Source: Lingula anatina
Lineage: Eukaryota > Animalia > Brachiopoda
Reading direction: 5' to 3'
Assembly: GCA_051362555.1 (NCBI GenBank)
Contig: CM120648.1
Location: 14,256,587-14,320,586, forward strand
DNA: 64,000 nucleotides
Part shown: piece by piece, positions 23,574 to 35,500 of the stretch
Layout of the letters: each line of letters starts with the position of its first letter
Numbering within the stretch: position 1 is the first letter of the stretch
The notes under the pieces: model-generated
Seen by the model: the letters and a program-made list of their open reading frames with translations, nothing else
What the model was told of the DNA's origin: nothing
The model's database searches: none
Translations under genes and position numbers: made by a program

Positions 23574-26500
23574 GTCCCGACTTAACTATCGAAATCAGAA
23601 AGTCGAAGCCGTCAAAATTGTCTCTAGTCCCTTTAAAAGTACTTTAAAAATCATGGACTCCGTCGCAACTATCGCAATCAGTGGGTCTTAAGCGTCCCGA
23701 AAGGTCCGTCTTCGACTTTCCGATTGCGTTAGTTGAAGCCGTCAAAATTGGCTCCGGTCCCTTTAAAAGTACTTTAAAAATCATGGACTCCGTCGCAACT
23801 AACGCAATCAGTGGGTCTTAAGGGTCCAGAAAGGTCCGTCTCAACTAACGCAATCGGAAAGTCAAAGCCGTCAAAATTGGCTTTAGTCCCTTTAAAAGTA
23901 CTTTAAAAATCATGGACTCCGTCGCAACTATCGCAATCAGTGGGTCTTAAGCGTCCCGAAAGGTCCGTCTCAACTAACGCAATCGGAAAGTCAAAGCCGT
24001 CAAAATTGGCTCCGGTCCCTTTAAAAGTACTTTAAAAATCATGGACTCCGTCGCAACTAACGCAATCAGTGGGTCTTAAGGGTCCAGAAAGGTCCGTCTC
24101 AACTAACGCAATCGGAAAGTCAAAGCCGTCAAAATTGGCTTTAGTCCCTTTAAAAGTACTTTAAAAATCATGGACTCCGTCGCAACTATCGCAATCAGTG
24201 GGTCTTAAGCGTCCCGAAAGGTCCGTCTCAACTAACGCAATCGGAAAGTCAAAGCCGTCAAAATTGGCTCCGGTCCCTTTAAAAGTACTTTAAAAATCAT
24301 GGACTCCGTCGCAACTAACGCAATCAGTGGGTCTTAAGGGTCCAGAAAGGTCCGTCTCAACTAACGCAATCGGAAAGTCAAAGCCGTCAAAATTGGCTCC
24401 GGTCCCTTTAAAAGTACTTTAAAAATCATGGACTCCGTCGCAACTAACGCAATCAGTGGGTCTTAAGGGTCCAGAAAGGTCCGTCTCAACTAACGCAATC
24501 GGAAAGTCAAAGCCGTCAAAATTGGCTTTAGTCCCTTTAAAAGTACTTTAAAAATCATGGACTCCGTCGCAACTATCGCAATCAGTGGGTCTTAAGCGTC
24601 CCGAAAGGTCCGTCTCAACTAACGCAATCGGAAAGTCAAAGCCGTCAAAATTGGCTCCGGTCCCTTTAAAAGTACTTTAAAAATCATGGACTCCGTCGCA
24701 ACTAACGCAATCAGTGGGTCTTAAGGGTCCAGAAAGGTCCGTCTCAACTAACGCAATCGGAAAGTCAAAGCCGTCAAAATTGGCTTTAGTCCCTTTAAAA
24801 GTACTTTAAAAATCATGGACTCCGTCGCAACTAACGCAATCAGTGGGTCTTAAGGGTCCCGAAAGGTCCGTCTCAACTAAGGCAATCGGAAAGTCGAAGC
24901 CGTCAAAATTGTCTCTAGTCCCTTTAAAAGTACTTTAAAAATCATGGACTCCGTCGCAACTATCGCAATCAGTGGGTCTTAAGCGTCCCGAAAGGTCCGT
25001 CTCAACTAACGCAATCGGAAAGTCAAAGCCGTCAAAATTGGCTTTAGTCCCTTTAAAAGTACTTTAAAAATCATGGACTCCGTCGCAACTATCGCAATCA
25101 GTGGGTCTTAAGCGTCCCGAAAGGTCCGTCTCAACTAACGCAATCGGAAAGTCAAAGCCGTCAAAATTGGCTCCGGTCCCTTTAAAAGTACTTTAAAAAT
25201 CATGGACTCCGTCGCAACTAACGCAATCAGTGGGTCTTAAGGGTCCAGAAAGGTCCGTCTCAACTAACGCAATCGGAAAGTCAAAGCCGTCAAAATTGGC
25301 TTTAGTCCCTTTAAAAGTACTTTAAAAATCATGGACTCCGTCGCAACTAACGCAATCAGTGGGTCTTAAGGGTCTTGAAAGGTCCGTCTCAACTAAGGCA
25401 ATCGGAAAGTCGAAGCCGTCAAAATTGTCTCTAGTCCCTTTAAAAGTACTTTAAAAATCATGGACTCCGTCGCAACTATCGCAATCAGTGGGTCTTAAGC
25501 GTCCCGAAAGGTCCGTCTCAACTAACGCAATCGGAAAGTCAAAGCCGTCAAAATTGGCTTTACTCCCTTTAAAAGTACTTTAAAAATCATGGACTCCGTC
25601 GCAACTATCGCAATCAGTGGGTCTTAAGCGTCCCGAAAGGTCCGTCTCAACTAACGCAATTGGAAAGTCAAAGCCGTCAAAATTGTCTCTAGTCCCTTTA
25701 AAAGTACTTTAAAATCATGGACTCCGTCGCAACTATCGCAATCAGTGGGTCTTAAGCGTCCCGAAAGGTCCGTCTCAACTAACGCAATCGGAAAGTCGAA
25801 GCCGTCAAAATTGGCTCCGGTCCCTTTAAAAGTACTTTAAAAATCATGGACTCCGTCGCAACTAACGCAATCAGTGGGTCTTAAGGGTCCAGAAAGGTCC
25901 GTCTCAACTAACACAATCGGAAAGTCAAAGCCGTCAAAATTGGCTTTAGTCCCTTTAAAAGTACTTTAAAAATCATGGACTCCGTCGCAACTAACGCAAT
26001 CAGTGGGTCTTAAGCGTCCCGAAAGGTCCGTCTCAACTAACGCAATCGGAAAGTCGAAGCCGTCAAAATTGGCTCCGGTCCCTTTAAAAGTACTTTAAAA
26101 ATCATGGACTCCGTCGCAACTAACGCAATCAGTGGGTCTTAAGGGTCCAGAAAGGTCCGTCTCAACTAACGCAATCGGAAAGTCAAAGCCGTCAAAATTG
26201 GCTTTAGTCCCTTTAAAAGTACTTTAAAAATCATGGACTCCGTCGCAACTAACGCAATCAGTGGGTCTTAAGCGTCCCGAAAGGTCCGTCTCAACTAACG
26301 CAATCGGAAAGTCGAAGCCGTCAAAATTGGCTCCGGTCCCTTTAAAAGTACTTTAAAAATCATGGACTCCGTCGCAACTAACGCAATCAGTGGGTCTTAA
26401 GGGTCCAGAAAGGTCCGTCTCAACTAACACAATCGGAAAGTCAAAGCCGTCAAAATTGGCTTTAGTCCCTTTAAAAGTACTTTAAAAATCATGGACTCCG

Positions 26501-29500
26501 TCGCAACTAACGCAATCAGTAGGTCTTAAGGGTCCCGAAAGGTCCGTCTCAACTAACGCAATCGGAAAGTCGAAGCCGTCAAAATTGTCTCTAGTCCCTT
26601 TAAAAGTACTTTAAAAATCATGGACTCCGTCGCAACTATCGCAATCAGTGGGTCTTAAGCGTCCCGAAAGGTCCGTCTCAACTAACGCAATCGGAAAGTC
26701 AAAGCCGTCAAAATTGGCTCCGGTCCCTTTAAAAGTACTGTAAAAATCATGGACTCCGTCGCAACTATCGCAATCAGTGGGTCTTAAGGGTTCAGAAAGG
26801 TCCGTCTCAACTAACGCAATCGGAAAGTCGAAGCCGTCAAAATTGGCTCCGGTCCCTTTAAAAGTACTGTAAAAATCATGGACTCCGTCGCAACTATCGC
26901 AATCAGTGGGTCTTAAGCGTCCCGAAAGGTCCGTCTCAACTAACGCAATCGGAAAGTCAAAGCCATCAAAATTGGCTCCAGTCCCTTTAAAAGTACTTTA
27001 AAAATCATGGACTCCGTCGCAACTAACGCAATCAGTGGGTCTTAAGGGTCCCGCAAGGTCCGTCTCAAGTAACGCAATCGGAAAGTCGAAGCCGTCAAAA
27101 TTGGCTCCAGTCCCTTTAAAAGTACTTTTAAAATCATGGACTCCATCGCAACTAACGCAATCAGTGGGTCTTAAGCGTCCCGAAAGGTCCGTCTCAACTA
27201 ACGCAATCGGAAGGTCGAAGCCGTCAAAATTGGCTCCGGTCCCTTTAAAAGTACTTTAAAAATCATGGACTCCGTCGCAACTAACGCAATCAGTGGGTCT
27301 TAAGGGTCCAGAAAGGTCCGTCTCAACTAACGCAATCGGAAAGTCAAAGCCGTCAAAATTGGCTTTAGTCCCTTTAAAAGTACTTTAAAAATCATGGACT
27401 CCGTCGCAACTATCGCAATCAGTGGGTCTTAAGCGTCTCGAAAGGTCCGTCTCAACTAACGCAATCGGAAAGTCAAAGCCGTCAAAATTGGCTCTAGTCC
27501 CATTAAAAGTACTTTAAAAATCATGGACTCCGTCGCAACTATCGCAATCAGTGGGTCTTAAGGGTCCCGAAAGGTCCGTCTCAACTAAGGCAATCGGAAA
27601 GTCGAAGCTGTCAAAATTGTCTCTAGTCCCTTTAAAAGTACTTTAAAAATCATGGACTCCATCGCAACTATCGCAATCAGTGGGTCTTAAGCGTCCCGAA
27701 AGGTCCGTCTCAACTAATGCAATTGGAAAGTCGAAGCCGTCAAAATTGGCTCCGGTCCCTTTAAAAGTACTATAAAAATCATGGACTCCGTCGCAACTAT
27801 CGCAATCAGTGGGTCTTAAGGGTTCAGAAAGGTCCGTCTCAACTAATGCAATCGGAAAGTCAAAGCCGTCAAAATTGGCTTTAGTCCCTTTAAAAGTACT
27901 TTAAAAATCATGGACTCCGTCGCAACTAACGCAATCAGTGGGTCTTAAGCGTCCCGAAAGGTCCGTCTCAACTAACGCAATCGGAAAGTCGACGCCATCA
28001 ATATTGGCTCCAGTCCCTTTAAAAGTACTTTAAAAATCATGGACTCCGTGGCAACTATCGCAATCAGTGGGTCTTAAGCGTCCCGAAAGGTCCGTCTCAA
28101 CTAACGCAATCGAAAAGTCGAAGCCGTCAAAATTGTCTCTAGTCCCTTTAAAAGTACTTTAAAAATCATGGACTCCGTCGCAACTATCGCAATCAGTGGG
28201 TCTTAAGGGTCCCGAAAGGTCCGTCTCAACTAACGCAATCGGAAAGTCAAAGCCGTCAAAATTGGCTCCGGTCCCTTTAAAAGTACTTTAAAAATCATGG
28301 ACTCCGTCGCAACTAACGCAATCAGTGGGTCTTAAGGGTCCAGAAAGGTCCGTCTCAACTAACGCAATCGGAAAGTCAAAGCCGTCAAAATTGGCTTTAG
28401 TCCCTTTAAAAGTACTTTAAAAATCATGGACTCCGTCGCAACTATCGCAATCAGTGGGTCTTAAGCGTCCCGAAAGGTCCGTCTCAACTAACGCAATCGG
28501 AAAGTCAAAGCCGTCAAAATTGGCTCCGGTCCCTTTAAAAGTACTTTAAAAATCATGGACTCCGTCGCAACTAACGCAATCAGTGGGTCTTAAGGGTCCA
28601 GAAAGGTCCGTCTCAACTAACGCAATCGGAAAGTCAAAGCCGTCAAAATTGGCTTTAGTCCCTTTAAAAGTACTTTAAAAATCATGGACTCCGTCGCAAC
28701 TAACGCAATCAGTGGGTCTTAAGGGTCCCGAAAGGTCCGTCTCAACTAAGGCAATCGGAAAGTCGAAGCCGTCAAAATTGTCTCTAGTCCCTTTAAAAGT
28801 ACTTTAAAAATCATGGACTCCGTCGCAACTATCGCAATCAGTGGGTCTTAAGCGTCCCGAAAGGTCCGTCTCAACTAACGCAATCGGAAAGTCAAAGCCG
28901 TCAAAATTGGCTTTAGTCCCTTTAAAAGTACTTTAAAAATCATGGACTCCGTCGCAACTATCGCAATCAGTGGGTCTTAAGCGTCCCGAAAGGTCCGTCT
29001 CAACTAACGCAATCGGAAAGTCAAAGCCGTCAAAATTGGCTCCGGTCCCTTTAAAAGTACTTTAAAAATCATGGACTCCGTCGCAACTAACGCAATCAGT
29101 GGGTCTTAAGGGTCCAGAAAGGTCCGTCTCAACTAACGCAATCGGAAAGTCAAAGCCGTCAAAATTGGCTTTAGTCCCTTTAAAAGTACTTTAAAAATCA
29201 TGGACTCCGTCGCAACTAACGCAATCAGTGGGTCTTAAGGGTCTTGAAAGGTCCGTCTCAACTAAGGCAATCGGAAAGTCGAAGCCGTCAAAATTGTCTC
29301 TAGTCCCTTTAAAAGTACTTTAAAAATCATGGACTCCGTCGCAACTATCGCAATCAGTGGGTCTTAAGCGTCCCGAAAGGTCCGTCTCAACTAACGCAAT
29401 CGGAAAGTCAAAGCCGTCAAAATTGGCTTTACTCCCTTTAAAAGTACTTTAAAAATCATGGACTCCGTCGCAACTATCGCAATCAGTGGGTCTTAAGCGT

Positions 29501-32500
29501 CCCGAAAGGTCCGTCTCAACTAACGCAATTGGAAAGTCAAAGCCGTCAAAATTGTCTCTAGTCCCTTTAAAAGTACTTTAAAATCATGGACTCCGTCGCA
29601 ACTATCGCAATCAGTGGGTCTTAAGCGTCCCGAAAGGTCCGTCTCAACTAACGCAATCGGAAAGTCGAAGCCGTCAAAATTGGCTCCGGTCCCTTTAAAA
29701 GTACTTTAAAAATCATGGACTCCGTCGCAACTAACGCAATCAGTGGGTCTTAAGGGTCCAGAAAGGTCCGTCTCAACTAACACAATCGGAAAGTCAAAGC
29801 CGTCAAAATTGGCTTTAGTCCCTTTAAAAGTACTTTAAAAATCATGGACTCCGTCGCAACTAACGCAATCAGTGGGTCTTAAGCGTCCCGAAAGGTCCGT
29901 CTCAACTAACGCAATCGGAAAGTCGAAGCCGTCAAAATTGGCTCCGGTCCCTTTAAAAGTACTTTAAAAATCATGGACTCCGTCGCAACTAACGCAATCA
30001 GTGGGTCTTAAGGGTCCAGAAAGGTCCGTCTCAACTAACGCAATCGGAAAGTCAAAGCCGTCAAAATTGGCTTTAGTCCCTTTAAAAGTACTTTAAAAAT
30101 CATGGACTCCGTCGCAACTAACGCAATCAGTGGGTCTTAAGCGTCCCGAAAGGTCCGTCTCAACTAACGCAATCGGAAAGTCGAAGCCGTCAAAATTGGC
30201 TCCGGTCCCTTTAAAAGTACTTTAAAAATCATGGACTCCGTCGCAACTAACGCAATCAGTGGGTCTTAAGGGTCCAGAAAGGTCCGTCTCAACTAACACA
30301 ATCGGAAAGTCAAAGCCGTCAAAATTGGCTTTAGTCCCTTTAAAAGTACTTTAAAAATCATGGACTCCGTCGCAACTAACGCAATCAGTAGGTCTTAAGG
30401 GTCCCGAAAGGTCCGTCTCAACTAACGCAATCGGAAAGTCGAAGCCGTCAAAATTGTCTCTAGTCCCTTTAAAAGTACTTTAAAAATCATGGACTCCGTC
30501 GCAACTATCGCAATCAGTGGGTCTTAAGCGTCCCGAAAGGTCCGTCTCAACTAACGCAATCGGAAAGTCAAAGCCGTCAAAATTGGCTCCGGTCCCTTTA
30601 AAAGTACTGTAAAAATCATGGACTCCGTCGCAACTATCGCAATCAGTGGGTCTTAAGGGTTCAGAAAGGTCCGTCTCAACTAACGCAATCGGAAAGTCGA
30701 AGCCGTCAAAATTGGCTCCGGTCCCTTTAAAAGTACTGTAAAAATCATGGACTCCGTCGCAACTATCGCAATCAGTGGGTCTTAAGCGTCCCGAAAGGTC
30801 CGTCTCAACTAACGCAATCGGAAAGTCAAAGCCATCAAAATTGGCTCCAGTCCCTTTAAAAGTACTTTAAAAATCATGGACTCCGTCGCAACTAACGCAA
30901 TCAGTGGGTCTTAAGGGTCCCGCAAGGTCCGTCTCAAGTAACGCAATCGGAAAGTCGAAGCCGTCAAAATTGGCTCCAGTCCCTTTAAAAGTACTTTTAA
31001 AATCATGGACTCCATCGCAACTAACGCAATCAGTGGGTCTTAAGCGTCCCGAAAGGTCCGTCTCAACTAACGCAATCGGAAGGTCGAAGCCGTCAAAATT
31101 GGCTCCGGTCCCTTTAAAAGTACTTTAAAAATCATGGACTCCGTCGCAACTAACGCAATCAGTGGGTCTTAAGGGTCCAGAAAGGTCCGTCTCAACTAAC
31201 GCAATCGGAAAGTCAAAGCCGTCAAAATTGGCTTTAGTCCCTTTAAAAGTACTTTAAAAATCATGGACTCCGTCGCAACTATCGCAATCAGTGGGTCTTA
31301 AGCGTCCCGAAAGGTCCGTCTCAACTAACGCAATCGGAAAGTCAAAGCCGTCAAAATTGGCTCTAGTCCCATTAAAAGTACTTTAAAAATCATGGACTCC
31401 GTCGCAACTATCGCAATCAGTGGGTCTTAAGGGTCCCGAAAGGTCCGTCTCAACTAAGGCAATCGGAAAGTCGAAGCTGTCAAAATTGTCTCTAGTCCCT
31501 TTAAAAGTACTTTAAAAATCATGGACTCCATCGCAACTATCGCAATCAGTGGGTCTTAAGCGTCCCGAAAGGTCCGTCTCAACTAATGCAATTGGAAAGT
31601 CGAAGCCGTCAAAATTGGCTCCGGTCCCTTTAAAAGTACTATAAAAATCATGGACTCCGTCGCAACTATCGCAATCAGTGGGTCTTAAGGGTTCAGAAAG
31701 GTCCGTCTCAACTAATGCAATCGGAAAGTCAAAGCCGTCAAAATTGGCTTTAGTCCCTTTAAAAGTACTTTAAAAATCATGGACTCCGTCGCAACTAACG
31801 CAATCAGTGGGTCTTAAGCGTCCCGAAAGGTCCGTCTCAACTAACGCAATCGGAAAGTCGACGCCATCAATATTGGCTCCAGTCCCTTTAAAAGTACTTT
31901 AAAAATCATGGACTCCGTGGCAACTATCGCAATCAGTGGGTCTTAAGCGTCCCGAAAGGTCCGTCTCAACTAACGCAATCGAAAAGTCGAAGCCGTCAAA
32001 ATTGTCTCTAGTCCCTTTAAAAGTACTTTAAAAATCATGGACTCCGTCGCAACTATCGCAATCAGTGGGTCTTAAGGGTCCCGAAAGGTCCGTCTCAACT
32101 AACGCAATCGGAAAGTCAAAGCCGTCAAAATTGGCTCCGGTCCCTTTAAAAGTACTTTAAAAATCATGGACTCCGTCGCAACTAACGCAATCAGTGGGTC
32201 TTAAGGGTCCAGAAAGGTCCGTCTCAACTAACGCAATCGGAAAGTCAAAGCCGTCAAAATTGGCTTTAGTCCCTTTAAAAGTACTTTAAAAATCATGGAC
32301 TCCGTCGCAACTATCGCAATCAGTGGGTCTTAAGCGTCCCGAAAGGTCCGTCTCAACTAACGCAATCGGAAAGTCAAAGCCGTCAAAATTGGCTCCGGTC
32401 CCTTTAAAAGTACTTTAAAAATCATGGACTCCGTCGCAACTAACGCAATCAGTGGGTCTTAAGGGTCCCGAAAGGTCCGTCTCAACTAACGCAATCGGAA

Positions 32501-35500
32501 AGTCAAAGCCGTCAAAATTGGCTTTAGTCCCTTTAAAAGTACTTTAAAAATCATGGACTCCGTCGCAACTAACGCAATCAGTGGGTCTTAAGGGTCCCGA
32601 AAGGTCCGTCTCAACTAAGGCAATCGGAAAGTCGAAGCCGTCAAAATTGTCTCTAGTCCCTTTAAAAGTACTTTAAAAATCATGGACTCCGTCGCAACTA
32701 TCGCAATCAGTGGGTCTTAAGCGTCCCGAAAGGTCCGTCTCAACTAACGCAATCGGAAAGTCAAAGCCGTCAAAATTGGCTTTAGTCCCTTTAAAAGTAC
32801 TTTAAAAATCATGGACTCCGTCGCAACTATCGCAATCAGTGGGTCTTAAGCGTCCCGAAAGGTCCGTCTCAACTAACGCAATCGGAAAGTCAAAGCCGTC
32901 AAAATTGGCTCCGGTCCCTTTAAAAGTACTTTAAAAATCATGGACTCCGTCGCAACTAACGCAATCAGTGGGTCTTAAGGGTCCAGAAAGGTCCGTCTCA
33001 ACTAACGCAATCGGAAAGTCAAAGCCGTCAAAATTGGCTTTAGTCCCTTTAAAAGTACTTTAAAAATCATGGACTCCGTCGCAACTAACGCAATCAGTGG
33101 GTCTTAAGGGTCTTGAAAGGTCCGTCTCAACTAAGGCAATCGGAAAGTCGAAGCCGTCAAAATTGTCTCTAGTCCCTTTAAAAGTACTTTAAAAATCATG
33201 GACTCCGTCGCAACTATCGCAATCAGTGGGTCTTAAGCGTCCCGAAAGGTCCGTCTCAACTAACGCAATCGGAAAGTCAAAGCCGTCAAAATTGGCTTTA
33301 CTCCCTTTAAAAGTACTTTAAAAATCATGGACTCCGTCGCAACTATCGCAATCAGTGGGTCTTAAGCGTCCCGAAAGGTCCGTCTCAACTAACGCAATTG
33401 GAAAGTCAAAGCCGTCAAAATTGTCTCTAGTCCCTTTAAAAGTACTTTAAAATCATGGACTCCGTCGCAACTATCGCAATCAGTGGGTCTTAAGCGTCCC
33501 GAAAGGTCCGTCTCAACTAACGCAATCGGAAAGTCGAAGCCGTCAAAATTGGCTCCGGTCCCTTTAAAAGTACTTTAAAAATCATGGACTCCGTCGCAAC
33601 TAACGCAATCAGTGGGTCTTAAGGGTCCAGAAAGGTCCGTCTCAACTAACACAATCGGAAAGTCAAAGCCGTCAAAATTGGCTTTAGTCCCTTTAAAAGT
33701 ACTTTAAAAATCATGGACTCCGTCGCAACTAACGCAATCAGTGGGTCTTAAGCGTCCCGAAAGGTCCGTCTCAACTAACGCAATCGGAAAGTCGAAGCCG
33801 TCAAAATTGGCTCCGGTCCCTTTAAAAGTACTTTAAAAATCATGGACTCCGTCGCAACTAACGCAATCAGTGGGTCTTAAGGGTCCAGAAAGGTCCGTCT
33901 CAACTAACGCAATCGGAAAGTCAAAGCCGTCAAAATTGGCTTTAGTCCCTTTAAAAGTACTTTAAAAATCATGGACTCCGTCGCAACTATCGCAATCAGT
34001 GGGTCTTAAGCGTCCCGAAAGGTCCGTCTCAACTAACGCAATCGGAAAGTCAAAGCCGTCAAAATTGGCTCCGGTCCCTTTAAAAGTACTGTAAAAATCA
34101 TGGACTCCGTCGCAACTATCGCAATCAGTGGGTCTTAAGGGTTCAGAAAGGTCCGTCTCAACTAACGCAATCGGAAAGTCGAAGCCGTCAAAATTGGCTC
34201 CGGTCCCTTTAAAAGTACTGTAAAAATCATGGACTCCGTCGCAACTATCGCAATCAGTGGGTCTTAAGCGTCCCGAAAGGTCCGTCTCAACTAACGCAAT
34301 CGGAAAGTCAAAGCCATCAAAATTGGCTCCAGTCCCTTTAAAAGTACTTTAAAAATCATGGACTCCGTCGCAACTAACGCAATCAGTGGGTCTTAAGGGT
34401 CCCGCAAGGTCCGTCTCAAGTAACGCAATCGGAAAGTCGAAGCCGTCAAAATTGGCTCCAGTCCCTTTAAAAGTACTTTTAAAATCATGGACTCCATCGC
34501 AACTAACGCAATCAGTGGGTCTTAAGCGTCCCGAAAGGTCCGTCTCAACTAACGCAATCGGAAGGTCGAAGCCGTCAAAATTGGCTCCGGTCCCTTTAAA
34601 AGTACTTTAAAAATCATGGACTCCGTCGCAACTAACGCAATCAGTGGGTCTTAAGGGTCCAGAAAGGTCCGTCTCAACTAACGCAATCGGAAAGTCAAAG
34701 CCGTCAAAATTGGCTTTAGTCCCTTTAAAAGTACTTTAAAAATCATGGACTCCGTCGCAACTATCGCAATCAGTGGGTCTTAAGCGTCCCGAAAGGTCCG
34801 TCTCAACTAACGCAATCGGAAAGTCAAAGCCGTCAAAATTGGCTCTAGTCCCATTAAAAGTACTTTAAAAATCATGGACTCCGTCGCAACTATCGCAATC
34901 AGTGGGTCTTAAGGGTCCCGAAAGGTCCGTCTCAACTAAGGCAATCGGAAAGTCGAAGCTGTCAAAATTGTCTCTAGTCCCTTTAAAAGTACTTTAAAAA
35001 TCATGGACTCCATCGCAACTATCGCAATCAGTGGGTCTTAAGCGTCCCGAAAGGTCCGTCTCAACTAATGCAATTGGAAAGTCGAAGCCGTCAAAATTGG
35101 CTCCGGTCCCTTTAAAAGTACTATAAAAATCATGGACTCCGTCGCAACTATCGCAATCAGTGGGTCTTAAGGGTTCAGAAAGGTCCGTCTCAACTAATGC
35201 AATCGGAAAGTCAAAGCCGTCAAAATTGGCTTTAGTCCCTTTAAAAGTACTTTAAAAATCATGGACTCCGTCGCAACTAACGCAATCAGTGGGTCTTAAG
35301 CGTCCCGAAAGGTCCGTCTCAACTAACGCAATCGGAAAGTCGACGCCATCAATATTGGCTCCAGTCCCTTTAAAAGTACTTTAAAAATCATGGACTCCGT
35401 GGCAACTATCGCAATCAGTGGGTCTTAAGCGTCCCGAAAGGTCCGTCTCAACTAACGCAATCGAAAAGTCGAAGCCGTCAAAATTGTCTCTAGTCCCTTT

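Noticed and set aside
19243-23691. Long F/S/L/H-rich ORFs (up to 716 aa)
   Set aside because: They are open in several overlapping frames because the pyrimidine-rich repeat strand rarely forms stop codons; they are low-complexity with no recognisable domain.
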